Source: Candidatus Poribacteria bacterium (GTDB lineage: Bacteria > Poribacteria > WGA-4E > WGA-3G). From it: DNA of 64,000 bases. Location: NCBI GenBank assembly GCA_965198235.1, contig OZ240248.1, positions 4,288,001-4,352,000 of the forward strand. The letters run 5' to 3'. The notes beneath the pieces were generated by a model. It saw only the letters and a program-made list of their open reading frames with translations, was not told where the DNA came from and searched no databases. The position numbers and the translations under genes were made by a program. The number at the start of each line of letters is the position of its first letter. Within the stretch, counting starts at the first letter, position 1. Below, in pieces: positions 48,654 through 58,275 of this stretch.

Positions 48654-49428
48654 AAACGCCATCCAGCACTATAACAAAGCAATTGAACGGAGACCCACCT
48701 TTGCCCAAGCCTATAACTATCGAGGCATCGCTTATGGCAATATAGGCGAAATTGACCGAGCCATTGAAGACTTTAATACAGCGATAAGACGCAAGGAAAA
48801 CTATGCCGAAGCCTACAGTAACCGTGGTGGTGCCTATCGTCTCAAAGGTGACTATGACCGCGCCATCAAAGACTGTAACACCGCGATAAGACTGGACCCC
48901 AATTTAGCAGAGGCATACAACATCCGTGGGGTGGCTTATCGACTCAAAGGCGAGTTTGACCTCGCCGTTGAAGACTATAACACCGCGATAGAACTTAATC
49001 CAAGTTTTGCTTATGCCTATTACAATCGAGGCATCGCCTACCAAGAAGAAAGACACGAGTTTGATCGCGCCATCAACGACTATAACAAGGCAATAGAGCT
49101 GAGACCAGACCTTGTCCATCCCTACAACAACCGCGGTAACGCTTACTCCCAAAAAGGCAAATATGAATTTGCCATCAAAGACTATGATAAGGCGATACAA
49201 CTCAAACCCGATTTACCAGAAGCACATTACAATCGCGGTATGGCGTTTTTACACTTACAAGAATGGAAAAAAGCCAAATCAAACCTGACTGATGCAAGAG
49301 ACATGCAAGAAAATATCATCATTGAGAACTTTGGTAAAGACTACGGAAGCATTGCAGACTTTGAGCACAAACATAATGTTAAACTACCGGAAGACATTGC
49401 CGCAATGCTAACTCCCCTACAGGTATAG
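48622..49428 (+). CDS. Tetratricopeptide repeat protein
   Basis: About six 34-aa repeats AYxNRGxAY..AIxDYNxAIxLxP. Confidence 0.9.
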   Translation: MQTRTDQASYENAIQHYNKAIERRPTFAQAYNYRGIAYGNIGEIDRAIEDFNTAIRRKENYAEAYSNRGGAYRLKGDYDRAIKDCNTAIRLDPNLAEAYNIRGVAYRLKGEFDLAVEDYNTAIELNPSFAYAYYNRGIAYQEERHEFDRAINDYNKAIELRPDLVHPYNNRGNAYSQKGKYEFAIKDYDKAIQLKPDLPEAHYNRGMAFLHLQEWKKAKSNLTDARDMQENIIIENFGKDYGSIADFEHKHNVKLPEDIAAMLTPLQV

Positions 49429-49454
49429 CACAGGTATAGCAGCGAAACAAAAAC

Positions 49455-49521
49455 TGTCTCCTTAACGGATTACCTGATGTTACAGATTATCAATCCGCGT
49501 CATCTGTGGCATCCATGATAA
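49455..49521. repeat. Degenerate head-to-head pair of the 9-bp-period repeat without a gene
   Basis: TGTCT..ACGGATTACCTGATGTTACAGATT followed by CAATCCGCGTCATCTGTGGCATCCATGATAA. Confidence 0.6.
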
Positions 49522-49593
49522 ACTACAACGATCTGCGCAATTGGCATAAATTGCAAACGCATGCTATAATTTAAAATATAGAAAAGAAAATGA

Positions 49594-50475
49594 ATGGCAA
49601 ACTTTGATACCATCACGAAAACACAGGCGCGGACACATCCCATGGATTTCGTTAACCTCTGCTTTAAATTTGAGCAGCGGGATGTAGACTTTTTGGAGAT
49701 TATTACGCCTGAGCAGCCGACGGTTGAAATGCATCAGGCAGATATGCTTATCAAAGTGCGGCTCAGTGGTGAAGAGGTCCTGATACATTTCGAGTTTCAA
49801 ACGACTAACAGTTCCGATCCCGAAATGGCACTTCGGATGGCAGGTTATATCGTCCGAACGGTTGAAGCCTATAGGTTACCCGTATATTCCAGTGTCATCT
49901 ACCTTCGTCCCGATGCAGGTAGGAGTGATCCAGGACACTATGTGCAAGACATAGCAGGGCATCAAATCTTCATTGAATACCAAGTACTCCGTCTGATTGA
50001 AATGAATGGCGAACATATCCTTGATGCGAAGCCAGCAGGGTTAATCCCTTTCACACCTTTAATGAAACGTCCAGCAGATGTGAGTGCGGAGGAATGGCTA
50101 CGCCGCTGTGTTCAAATAGCGGATAGTATTGATGTGCCGAACAAACCAGTGTATCTCGGAAGCCTTGCAGTTTTGGGCAATTTAGTGTACGCGCCAGAAA
50201 CGATTTTGAACATTATTTTGGAGGAAACCATGCATCAACCTTCTATCGTCGAATACTTAGCAGAAGAGGCACATCAACAAGGGGCGAGAGAAACCGCTCG
50301 CGAGGATATCCTTGAGGTACTCTCACTCCGATTACAACCGGACACGCTGGACACCTTCAAACCGAGACTCGATGCCATTGAAGACTTGCAACACCTTAAG
50401 CGGCTGCTTCGCGCTGCAGCACTTGCTGACACGCTGGAAGACTTTATGCAAGTTTTGGACACAAACCAAAACTGA
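49594..50475 (+). CDS. Rpn family recombination-promoting nuclease / putative transposase
   Basis: ADMLIKV..LIHFEFQT, MALRMAGY, PVYSSVIYL; typical helical C-terminus. Confidence 0.8.
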   Translation: MANFDTITKTQARTHPMDFVNLCFKFEQRDVDFLEIITPEQPTVEMHQADMLIKVRLSGEEVLIHFEFQTTNSSDPEMALRMAGYIVRTVEAYRLPVYSSVIYLRPDAGRSDPGHYVQDIAGHQIFIEYQVLRLIEMNGEHILDAKPAGLIPFTPLMKRPADVSAEEWLRRCVQIADSIDVPNKPVYLGSLAVLGNLVYAPETILNIILEETMHQPSIVEYLAEEAHQQGARETAREDILEVLSLRLQPDTLDTFKPRLDAIEDLQHLKRLLRAAALADTLEDFMQVLDTNQN

Positions 50476-50492
50476 CACATTAGACTTTACTT

Positions 50493-51614
50493 ATGGAAAC
50501 TTTTGACTGCGAACTAAAACAACAGGTCATCTTCGGTGACAACACGATTGAAAGACTCAGTGAGCTGACCCGTTCACTCGGAGGTAGCCGCGTCCTCATC
50601 GTGACAGATGCCGGTATCGAAAAGGCAGGCATCCTCGCGAGAGCCGTCTCAGCACTGCAAAGCGACAGGATCGCCGCTTATGTTTTTGCCGATGTTACTC
50701 CCAACCCGACGACAGAAGATGTTGATGCTGCGCTTGCGGTCGCGAAAACCAACGCACCGATAGACCTCATCATCGGACTCGGCGGCGGCAGTTCAATGGA
50801 TTGTGCGAAAGGCGCAAACTTCCTGCTCACAAACGGCGGAAAGATGGAGGACTACTGGGGCACAAATAAGGCAACACAACCGATGCTCCCCTCTATCGGC
50901 ATCCCGACGACTATCGGCACCGGCAGCGAGGCACAGTCCTTCGCACTCATCGCACAGGCAGATACACACATCAAAATGGCGTGTGGCGATAAAAAAGCAC
51001 GATTTGGCACTGTCCTTTTAGATGCGACGCTCACCAAAACCTTGCCGAGACCGATCGCCGCAATCACCGGTATAGACGCGATCGCACACGCTGTTGAAAG
51101 TTTTGTCTCAACCAGACACAACCCGATGTCCCAGATGTTCGCACGGCATGCATGGGAGTTGCTAAACACCCACTTTGAGGCATGCCTTGAATCCAACGGT
51201 TCCAAAGCCCGAAGCAAAATGCTGTTCGGTGCTTACCTCGCTGGACTCGCAATTGAAAACTCGATGCTGGGTGCCGCACACGCCTGCGCTAACCCTTTGA
51301 CAGCCAGATACGAGGTCATCCACGGCGTTGCCGTCGCGTTGATGTTACCCCACGTCATCCGATTCAATCGCACTGTCGCAGGAGAAGCCTATCGTGAACT
51401 GTACCCGGACGGCGACTTAGCAGACAGAATTACAGCACTCAAACAGATTGGCAATTTACCGAACAGACTTCGGGATTACCCCGTTCAATACACCATAGGA
51501 ACAGCAGACATACCGACATTGGCAAAGGAAGCGGCGACACAGTGGACAGCACAGTTCAACCCGCGTCCCCTCAATATTAGAGATTTTCTGAAACTTTATG
51601 AACAGGTTTATTGA
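50493..51614 (+). CDS. Iron-containing alcohol dehydrogenase
   Basis: GGGSSMDCAKG, PTTIGTGSE, DAIAHAVE, HACA, HGVA. Confidence 0.92.
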   Translation: METFDCELKQQVIFGDNTIERLSELTRSLGGSRVLIVTDAGIEKAGILARAVSALQSDRIAAYVFADVTPNPTTEDVDAALAVAKTNAPIDLIIGLGGGSSMDCAKGANFLLTNGGKMEDYWGTNKATQPMLPSIGIPTTIGTGSEAQSFALIAQADTHIKMACGDKKARFGTVLLDATLTKTLPRPIAAITGIDAIAHAVESFVSTRHNPMSQMFARHAWELLNTHFEACLESNGSKARSKMLFGAYLAGLAIENSMLGAAHACANPLTARYEVIHGVAVALMLPHVIRFNRTVAGEAYRELYPDGDLADRITALKQIGNLPNRLRDYPVQYTIGTADIPTLAKEAATQWTAQFNPRPLNIRDFLKLYEQVY

Positions 51615-52791
51615 AATACAAGCCCCAAAGGGCAATCCTAATTATCTCAAGTTAAAAGCTACGGCACAACGGCGTGTGCCTGCTACCTTTCTAATTTTCC
51701 TATTGTTCCTCGCCTCACACGCAACTTTCGGCAACTGGGTAAGTTTCCGTGGTAACCCACAACTCACGGGTGTCGCAGATTCCCAACTCCCCGAAAATCC
51801 CCAATTGCGCTGGACTTTTCAGGCAGGAGATATGATTGAGTCTACTGCCGCAGTCGTCGATGGCACAGTCTACGTTGGCGCGTTAGATGGAACCCTCTAC
51901 GCAGTCGACGCACAAACCGGCGAAAAGAGGTGGACGTATCAGGTAGAAGGAGCGATCAAAGCCTCGCCATCTATTCACAACGGAGTCGTCTACTTCGGTG
52001 ATGGGGATGGGATTTTCCATGCGGTGGACATTAACACCCAAGAAACGAAATGGCAGTTCACTACGGAAGGTGAAATCATATCATCAGCAAATGTCGTTGG
52101 CGACCGCGTGCTGTTCGGCTCGTATGACGGATTCCTCTACTGTCTCAACCAAGAAAACGGAGAGCTGGTCTGGAAATTAGAGACTGAAGGCTACGTCCAC
52201 GGCACCCCTGGGGTTTGGACACACGTCGCAAGCGATTCTGGCAAGGCAGAGAACTTCGCGATTGTCACCGGATGCGACAGTTATCTCCGCGTTATCAATA
52301 TTGACGACGGGACACAGACGCAACAGGTAAATCTCGGCGCGTATGTCGGTGCAAGTCCAGCGATTTCAGAAAACCGCGTCTATTGTGGCACGTACGGCAC
52401 CGAAATATTGGGAGTTGCCTTAGACACTGGGGAGATTGCATGGCGGTATCGGCATCCCAAACGCAGATTCCCATTCTTCGCTTCAGCCGCCCTCACGGAA
52501 GACAGCGTTATCATCGGAGGACGCGATAAGATGGTGCATGCGCTCTCACAGGCGACCGGCGAGTCGCTATGGACGTATACCGCTAAATCCCGTATTGAGT
52601 CTTCCGCCGTCATTGTTGGCAGGCGCGCCTTCTTTGGAACAACCGGCGGGGTGTTTATCGCTTTAGATATTACGACTGGGGAATCGGTCTGGGAATTCGC
52701 AACAGGTTCGTCTATCGTCGCCTCACCCAGCGTTTCCGACGGTAGAATTTATATCGGGACCGAGGACGGCATCCTGTATTGCTTTGGATAG
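51598..52791 (+). CDS. Exported PQQ-like beta-propeller repeat protein
   Basis: Signal-like segment, WVSFRGNPQLTG, repeated LYAVDAQTGEKRW / SSP motifs; true start uncertain. Confidence 0.85.
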   Translation: MNRFIEIQAPKGNPNYLKLKATAQRRVPATFLIFLLFLASHATFGNWVSFRGNPQLTGVADSQLPENPQLRWTFQAGDMIESTAAVVDGTVYVGALDGTLYAVDAQTGEKRWTYQVEGAIKASPSIHNGVVYFGDGDGIFHAVDINTQETKWQFTTEGEIISSANVVGDRVLFGSYDGFLYCLNQENGELVWKLETEGYVHGTPGVWTHVASDSGKAENFAIVTGCDSYLRVINIDDGTQTQQVNLGAYVGASPAISENRVYCGTYGTEILGVALDTGEIAWRYRHPKRRFPFFASAALTEDSVIIGGRDKMVHALSQATGESLWTYTAKSRIESSAVIVGRRAFFGTTGGVFIALDITTGESVWEFATGSSIVASPSVSDGRIYIGTEDGILYCFG

Positions 52792-52821
52792 ATTAGTTCT
52801 CAAGAATGGATTCATCAAGCG

Positions 52822-53018
52822 GAAACTTCTCAGTAATCAGCATCAGCGGATCTTTCTTCGCGACTACCCTGTAGGTGCGACTGAGGAACGGCTTCGATTC
52901 GAGATGCCCAATGGCATCCGGTAGATCTACGGCTCGCTCAACTCCCCACCACAGCAAATCGCGACGCGTTTCCCATATAGTTCTTTTTCACACCTCATAC
53001 GTATCACTGAAGCCTCTT
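52822..53018 (-). ncRNA. Candidate 6S RNA-like rod-shaped ncRNA
   Basis: 5' GAGGCTT/TCAGTGAT pairs with 3' ATTACTGA/AAGTTTC; A-rich internal bubble; TCGCGAT/GTCGCGA, CTGTGGTG/CACCTACAG and apical GATGCC/GGCATC stems; perfect promoter upstream. Confidence 0.6.
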
Positions 53019-53024
53019 TTACGA

Positions 53025-53053
53025 ATTATACATCTGCTACCACAACCTGTCAA
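53025..53053 (-). promoter_or_regulatory. Consensus sigma70 promoter
   Basis: Minus strand TTGACA-GGTTGTGGTAGCAGATG(17)-TATAAT. Confidence 0.85.
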
Positions 53054-53060
53054 CATAGAA

Positions 53061-53090
53061 TTGGCATGATTCATCGTTTCATGCTATAAT
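53061..53090 (+). promoter_or_regulatory. Divergent promoter for radical SAM operon
   Basis: TTGGCA-18-TATAAT with extended -10 TG. Confidence 0.55.
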
Positions 53091-53250
53091 AATGTGAACT
53101 TATACGAATGTGAGTTTGACTAAGAATCAGAGGAAACCGCCACAATACATTACGCCTGCAGTTCTAACGATGGATAGGTCACGGCAAGCCGAAGAAAGTG
53201 CTATTACTTCGCAGTGAGAATAGAAACTGGACTCACGTTATACGAACGTT

Positions 53251-54660
53251 ATGCCCCACATCTCGTGCCGCAGGATTGCGAAAATGCCGATACGCGTTCA
53301 AGGCAAAGGAGCATCAATAATGCCTGAAACAAAACCGGAACCTGCAACGGCAGGCATAGATTCAAAAGACACAACCGTAGGAAGCGTTTTCGTCTCCAAC
53401 TACCCGCCGTATTCCATATGGGGCGAATCCGATGTACCAGAAGTACAGCGCGCGCTTGGTGAACAGCCGCGCCCAAATGCCACACTGGGGCTATACCTCC
53501 ACATCCCTTTCTGTCGCAAGCGATGCAAATTCTGCTATTTCCGCGTCTATACCGATAAAAACAGTTCGGAAATCGACACGTATCTGAACGCACTTGCGAA
53601 AGAGGTCGAACTTTACAGCGCACAACCCGCAATCACAGGCAGACCTCTGAGATTCGTCTATTTCGGTGGTGGGACCCCTTCCTACATCAGCGTCAAACAC
53701 CTAACGGCTCTCGTTGACAGGATAAAACGGGTGATGCCGTGGGATGCTGCCGAAGAGGTCGCTTTTGAATGTGAGCCGGGCACCTTGACAGAAAAGAAAG
53801 TAGAGGCGATCAAAGGGATCGGTGTAACCCGACTGAGCCTCGGCGTTGAGAATCTGAATGACGAGATCCTCGCTGAAAACGGTAGAGCACATCTTTCTAA
53901 AGAGGTGTATCGCATTGTCCCGTGGATAAAGACGTTGGCGTTCGATCAGGTCAACATCGATCTCATCTCAGGCATGATAGGTGAAACGTGGGAGAGTTGG
54001 CGAGAAACCGTCAAAAAGACCATTGAACTTGATCCGGACAGTATTACCGTCTATCAGTTGGAATTGCCGTTCAACACCGTTTATTCTAAAGACATTCTCG
54101 GCGGTGACACACTGCCGGTCGCAGACTGGAAACTGAAACGTGAATGGCACCAATACGCCTTTGAACAGTTTGAGCAAGCCGGTTACGCACAATCCAGCGC
54201 ATATACAGTGCTCAAGAGAGACAAACACTGCCAATTCGTCTATCGCGATGCCGTATGGCAGGGCAGCGATATGATAGGCACAGGTGTCGCCTCCTTCTCA
54301 CATCTCAGCGGAATCCATTTCCAGAACGCACCCTCATGGGGAGACTACCTCAGCCATCTTGAGGAAGATAGGATCCCAGTTTACCGAGCACTGAAACCAA
54401 CGGAAACGGAACGGTTGACGCGGGAGATGATACTACAACTCAAACTCGGAAAGATCAGACCTTCCTACTTCAAAGTGAAGTTCGACGCAAACATCCTCGA
54501 TACTTTTGCCGAACCCTTCGAGAAACTGCAAAACGACGGCATGTTGCGTGTCAACGCCGCATCAGACGAAATTCAACTGACGCAACGCGGACTGCTCCAA
54601 GTCGATAGCCTGCTCCCGGCGTTCTATGCCCCTGAATACCAGAACACGCGATACACCTAG
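53251..54660 (+). CDS. HemN-like radical SAM enzyme
   Basis: LYLHIPFCRKRCKFC, YFGGGTPS, RLSLGVE, NIDLI; true start probably a downstream ATG (MPETK). Confidence 0.9.
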   Translation: MPHISCRRIAKMPIRVQGKGASIMPETKPEPATAGIDSKDTTVGSVFVSNYPPYSIWGESDVPEVQRALGEQPRPNATLGLYLHIPFCRKRCKFCYFRVYTDKNSSEIDTYLNALAKEVELYSAQPAITGRPLRFVYFGGGTPSYISVKHLTALVDRIKRVMPWDAAEEVAFECEPGTLTEKKVEAIKGIGVTRLSLGVENLNDEILAENGRAHLSKEVYRIVPWIKTLAFDQVNIDLISGMIGETWESWRETVKKTIELDPDSITVYQLELPFNTVYSKDILGGDTLPVADWKLKREWHQYAFEQFEQAGYAQSSAYTVLKRDKHCQFVYRDAVWQGSDMIGTGVASFSHLSGIHFQNAPSWGDYLSHLEEDRIPVYRALKPTETERLTREMILQLKLGKIRPSYFKVKFDANILDTFAEPFEKLQNDGMLRVNAASDEIQLTQRGLLQVDSLLPAFYAPEYQNTRYT

Positions 54661-54663
54661 GAC

Positions 54664-55911
54664 ATGGATACAAGAACACAATTACACCGCCTCCGTGAGA
54701 TGCTCGCTCCGGTGTTGGATACCAACGCCTTTTACAAACAAAAACTCACCGAAGCCGGGGTCACGCACCCAAACGACGTACAATCATTCGTAGACTACCG
54801 GCAGCTTCCGTTTACCACAAAGGAAGAACTCAGCACCGATCAAGTATCGCATCCACCCTACGGCACGAATCTCACCTTTCCATTGGATCGATATACTTGT
54901 CTCCACCGTACTTCAGGTACAACAGGTTCGCCACTGCGATGGTTGGACACAGCTGAGTCGTGGGATTGGTGGGGAAAATGCTGGGGAGAAATCTATCGTG
55001 CCGCTGGCGTAACCGCAGCCGATCGACTTATGATCGCCTTTTCGTTCGGTCCCTTTATCGGTTTCTGGAGTGCCTACCACGGTGCGCAGCAACTCGGAGC
55101 CCTCACAATCCCAAATGGAGGCATGACCTCCGACCAACGGATACGTGCTATTCTTAGCAACGATGTGACGGTGCTAATCGCTACGCCGACGTATGCGCTG
55201 CGGCTTGCTGAAGTCGCAGAACAGGATGGCATTGATCTACCTAAAGAAGCCTCAATTCGGGTGACAATTCACGCAGGTGAGCCGGGAGCGAGTCTACCGG
55301 CTACGAAACACCGTATTGAAAGCCGTTGGGGGGCGCGTGCGTACGACCATGCAGGCGCAACGGAAGTCGGTGCATGGGGCGTTATGTGCGAATCGCAAGC
55401 GGGTGTCCACCTCAACGAAGGCGAGTTTATCTGTGAAGTGCTTGATCCAGAAACTGGAAACCTCGCAGACGAAGGCGAATTAGTGATTACGAATTTAGGA
55501 CGTGTCGGTATGCCTGTCATCCGTTACCGGACGGGAGACTACGTCAAACTTAAACCAGCACCGTGTGAATGCGGTAGGCAAAGTCGCGTCCTTGATGGCG
55601 GCGTTATTGGACGATTAGACAAAGCCGTCATCATCCGCGGTCTGAATGTATATCCTGCTACGCTCGAAAACATCATCCTCAAGTTTCCGGACGTTCGCGA
55701 GTTCGCGGCACGTGTTTACGGAACGGGAACGCTCGATGAACTCGAAATCCAGATTGAATCCACAAATCCACGTCCTGCTGATACTGCCACTGCCGTCATC
55801 GCTGCGATTCGAGATGTTTTAGGTTTGCGTGCCGTAGTGAAAGCGGTCCCGATTGGAACTTTACCGAGGTCCGAACTTAAGTCAAACCGATTGACCGACG
55901 AACGGCTATAG
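54664..55911 (+). CDS. Phenylacetate-CoA ligase family (ANL) enzyme
   Basis: LPFTTKEEL, RTSGTTG, AGEPG, GATE, RYRTGD, GRLD. Confidence 0.9.
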   Translation: MDTRTQLHRLREMLAPVLDTNAFYKQKLTEAGVTHPNDVQSFVDYRQLPFTTKEELSTDQVSHPPYGTNLTFPLDRYTCLHRTSGTTGSPLRWLDTAESWDWWGKCWGEIYRAAGVTAADRLMIAFSFGPFIGFWSAYHGAQQLGALTIPNGGMTSDQRIRAILSNDVTVLIATPTYALRLAEVAEQDGIDLPKEASIRVTIHAGEPGASLPATKHRIESRWGARAYDHAGATEVGAWGVMCESQAGVHLNEGEFICEVLDPETGNLADEGELVITNLGRVGMPVIRYRTGDYVKLKPAPCECGRQSRVLDGGVIGRLDKAVIIRGLNVYPATLENIILKFPDVREFAARVYGTGTLDELEIQIESTNPRPADTATAVIAAIRDVLGLRAVVKAVPIGTLPRSELKSNRLTDERL

Positions 55912-55931
55912 TACGCTCTCTCAACTATGTG

Positions 55932-55961
55932 TTGACGCGTGCTGCAACCTTACGTTATAAT
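55932..55961 (+). promoter_or_regulatory. Sigma70-type promoter for the small-gene insert
   Basis: TTGACG-18-TATAAT. Confidence 0.5.
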
Positions 55962-56056
55962 TGTTGTAAGGAAATTCCTTCAGCAAGTGCGCTGCAATTG
56001 CGACTTGCCTCTTCCAGCAGAAACAATTTAACTGCTAAAATGTTAGGAGAATTACG

Positions 56057-56326
56057 ATGTCATATTCTGATGATACCTCTGAAATTATCGCTGCCCGCGG
56101 CGAAGCACTCTATCAGCAAAACATACGTGACAACGTTGAATCCCTGCACAAAGGAAAGTTCTTGGCAATTGACATCAAAACAGGTGACTATGCAATTGCT
56201 GATGAAGATTTGGTAGCCACAGACAACCTTCTTGCCAAGCACCCTGATGCGACCATTTACGGTTTGCGAATCGGGTTTCCAGCTGCTTATCGGATCGGCT
56301 TTAAAGTTTCGTCCCCATCGCAATGA
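56057..56326 (+). CDS. Small conserved protein (DUF5678-like) coupled to aspartic protease
   Basis: GEALYQQNIR..GKFLAIDIKTGDY..LRIG; AGGAG RBS; ATGA overlap with next gene. Confidence 0.65.
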   Translation: MSYSDDTSEIIAARGEALYQQNIRDNVESLHKGKFLAIDIKTGDYAIADEDLVATDNLLAKHPDATIYGLRIGFPAAYRIGFKVSSPSQ

Positions 56327-56691
56327 TTATAGGAAGAATTACAAATAATCAAGAAGCCATCATTGAATTGGAAATTGTTGGCTTAAATCAGCGAGAGAAG
56401 ATTGAAGTCGTCATTGACACAGGCTTTGATGGCCATTTGACCCTGCCGGGTGATTTAATTAACCGTATTGGTCTCCGACGGGCAGGTCGTCGATACGCAA
56501 TCCTTGGTGATGGAAATATAGTAGCCCTTGAACTATACCGTGCGAAAGTGTTATGGCATGGCGAAGAACGCGAAGTCCCTATTCTACGAACAGACGGTGG
56601 ACCACTGGTCGGAATGGCATTGCTTAAGGGGAATCGCGTGATTTTAGATGTTGTAACAGATGGCGATGTCAGAATTGATGTTTTATCCTAA
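56323..56691 (+). CDS. Clan AA (retropepsin-like) aspartic protease
   Basis: VIDTGFDGHLTLP catalytic motif, PLVGMALL. Confidence 0.88.
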   Translation: MIIGRITNNQEAIIELEIVGLNQREKIEVVIDTGFDGHLTLPGDLINRIGLRRAGRRYAILGDGNIVALELYRAKVLWHGEEREVPILRTDGGPLVGMALLKGNRVILDVVTDGDVRIDVLS

Positions 56692-56709
56692 TACGAGGCG
56701 AAACCTAAA

Positions 56710-56907
56710 ATGGCGAATGAACTTGACGAAATTCGTAGAATTCGACGAAAAATTTCAGCGCGGTTCAACCACGATGTCAGCAAACTGGTCGCGCACTATC
56801 AAGCATTAGAGCAAAAATATCGGAAGTCTGGCAAATATAAATTTGTGGATCCACCACCCGAGAAGCCTAAATCCACCGAATCAGATGATGAAAAAGCGGC
56901 AGATTAA
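56710..56907 (+). CDS. Small hypothetical protein
   Basis: GAGG RBS; LDEIRRIRRKISARFNHDVSKLVAHYQ resembles small proteins seen near TA loci. Confidence 0.55.
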   Translation: MANELDEIRRIRRKISARFNHDVSKLVAHYQALEQKYRKSGKYKFVDPPPEKPKSTESDDEKAAD

Positions 56908-56956
56908 CCTCGGATCCTTAAAACTTGAAGTAATCTTCCTTACAGAACACGCGTAA

Positions 56957-58219
56957 ATGCATATACACCCTAACCACGACACTATCGTTATCGGGGGCGG
57001 ACCCGCTGGAAGCACCGTGGCAACGCTTGTTGCGGAACAAGGTCATCGCGTCCTGCTGCTTGAACGGGAAGCTGAACCGAAATTCAGAATCGGAGAATCG
57101 CTGATTCCCGCCACCTACTGGACTTTCAAACGACTCGGCATGCTCGAAAAACTGCGGACAAGCCATTTCCCACAAAAGTACAGTGTGCAGTTCTACTCTC
57201 GCACCGGCAAAGCCTCCACTCCGTTCTACTTTTTTCAAACCAACCCACATGAAAGTGCCGTCACATGGCAGGTCCTACGGAGTGAGTTCGACCAGATGCT
57301 CTTGGACAATGCCAAAGAAAAAGGCGTAGAAATCCGCAGGGGGATAGGCGTGCGAGAAGTCCTTTTTGAAGGGGACACAGCAACCGGCGTCGTTACGCAG
57401 CACACAGACGGCACCCGTGAAACCCTTAACGCCACCGTTATCGTGGATTCCACCGGGCAGCGATCCCTCATCGGAAGGCAGCTGAACCTAAATACGACAG
57501 AACCGAACCTCAAAATGGCATCGCTCTTTACACACTACGAAGGCGGACATAGAGACGAAGGCATTGACGAAGGTGCGACGCTCATCCTACACACCGAAGA
57601 GAAAGATTCTTGGTTCTGGTCAATCCCACTCCCCTATAATCGCACAAGCATCGGGGTTGTAGGCGAGCTGGACTACCTACTCCAGAACCGAAGAGATGTT
57701 GACGGCAAACTCAATGCCCAAAAAATTTTCACCGAAGAACTCGCGAAGTGCGCACCATTGCAACAACGGCTTGAAGGCGCGAACCAGCTTTTTCCGATCC
57801 AAAGCACGAAAGATTTCTCCTACCGTGCCAGCCGTATCGCAGGCAATAACTGGGTGCTGATAGGCGACGCATTCGGATTCTTGGATCCTGTCTACTCGAC
57901 AGGACTGTTTCTGGCACTCAAATCTGGTGAGATGGCGGCGGATGTAATCATCGAAGCGTTCCATAAGAATGACTTCTCCGAAGCGCAGCTCGGAAGTTTC
58001 GGACCTGCGTTTGTAAAGGGAATGGAGGCATTTCGGAAACTCGTCTACGCTTTTTATACAAAGGAATTTAGTTTCGCGCGGTTCCTGTCAGAATATCCAG
58101 AGCATCAGGGAGGCATCGTTGACATCTTGAGTGGAGACGTGTTTAGAAAAGACGTAACGCACATCTTCCCTGCAATGGCAGAGATGTGCCCATTTCCACC
58201 TGAAGTGCCGCTCAATTGA
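56957..58219 (+). CDS. Flavin-dependent halogenase-like oxidoreductase
   Basis: GGGPAGS, FRIGESL, FPQK lysine, WFWSIP (WxWxIP), GDAFGFLDPVYSTG. Confidence 0.8.
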   Translation: MHIHPNHDTIVIGGGPAGSTVATLVAEQGHRVLLLEREAEPKFRIGESLIPATYWTFKRLGMLEKLRTSHFPQKYSVQFYSRTGKASTPFYFFQTNPHESAVTWQVLRSEFDQMLLDNAKEKGVEIRRGIGVREVLFEGDTATGVVTQHTDGTRETLNATVIVDSTGQRSLIGRQLNLNTTEPNLKMASLFTHYEGGHRDEGIDEGATLILHTEEKDSWFWSIPLPYNRTSIGVVGELDYLLQNRRDVDGKLNAQKIFTEELAKCAPLQQRLEGANQLFPIQSTKDFSYRASRIAGNNWVLIGDAFGFLDPVYSTGLFLALKSGEMAADVIIEAFHKNDFSEAQLGSFGPAFVKGMEAFRKLVYAFYTKEFSFARFLSEYPEHQGGIVDILSGDVFRKDVTHIFPAMAEMCPFPPEVPLN

Positions 58220-58225
58220 TCCGGA

Positions 58226-58248
58226 GTGGGAGGGCTTTGTAAGCCCGA
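58226..58248 (+). repeat. REP-like hairpin
   Basis: GTGGGAGGGCTTTGTAAGCCCGA, inverted homologue at 31970-31996. Confidence 0.7.
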
Positions 58249-58275
58249 AACAACCATAACCTATAGGAGACTCTC

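Noticed and set aside
53251-54660. True coproporphyrinogen III oxidase hemN
   Set aside because: No heme genes nearby and an atypical N-terminus; only family-level support
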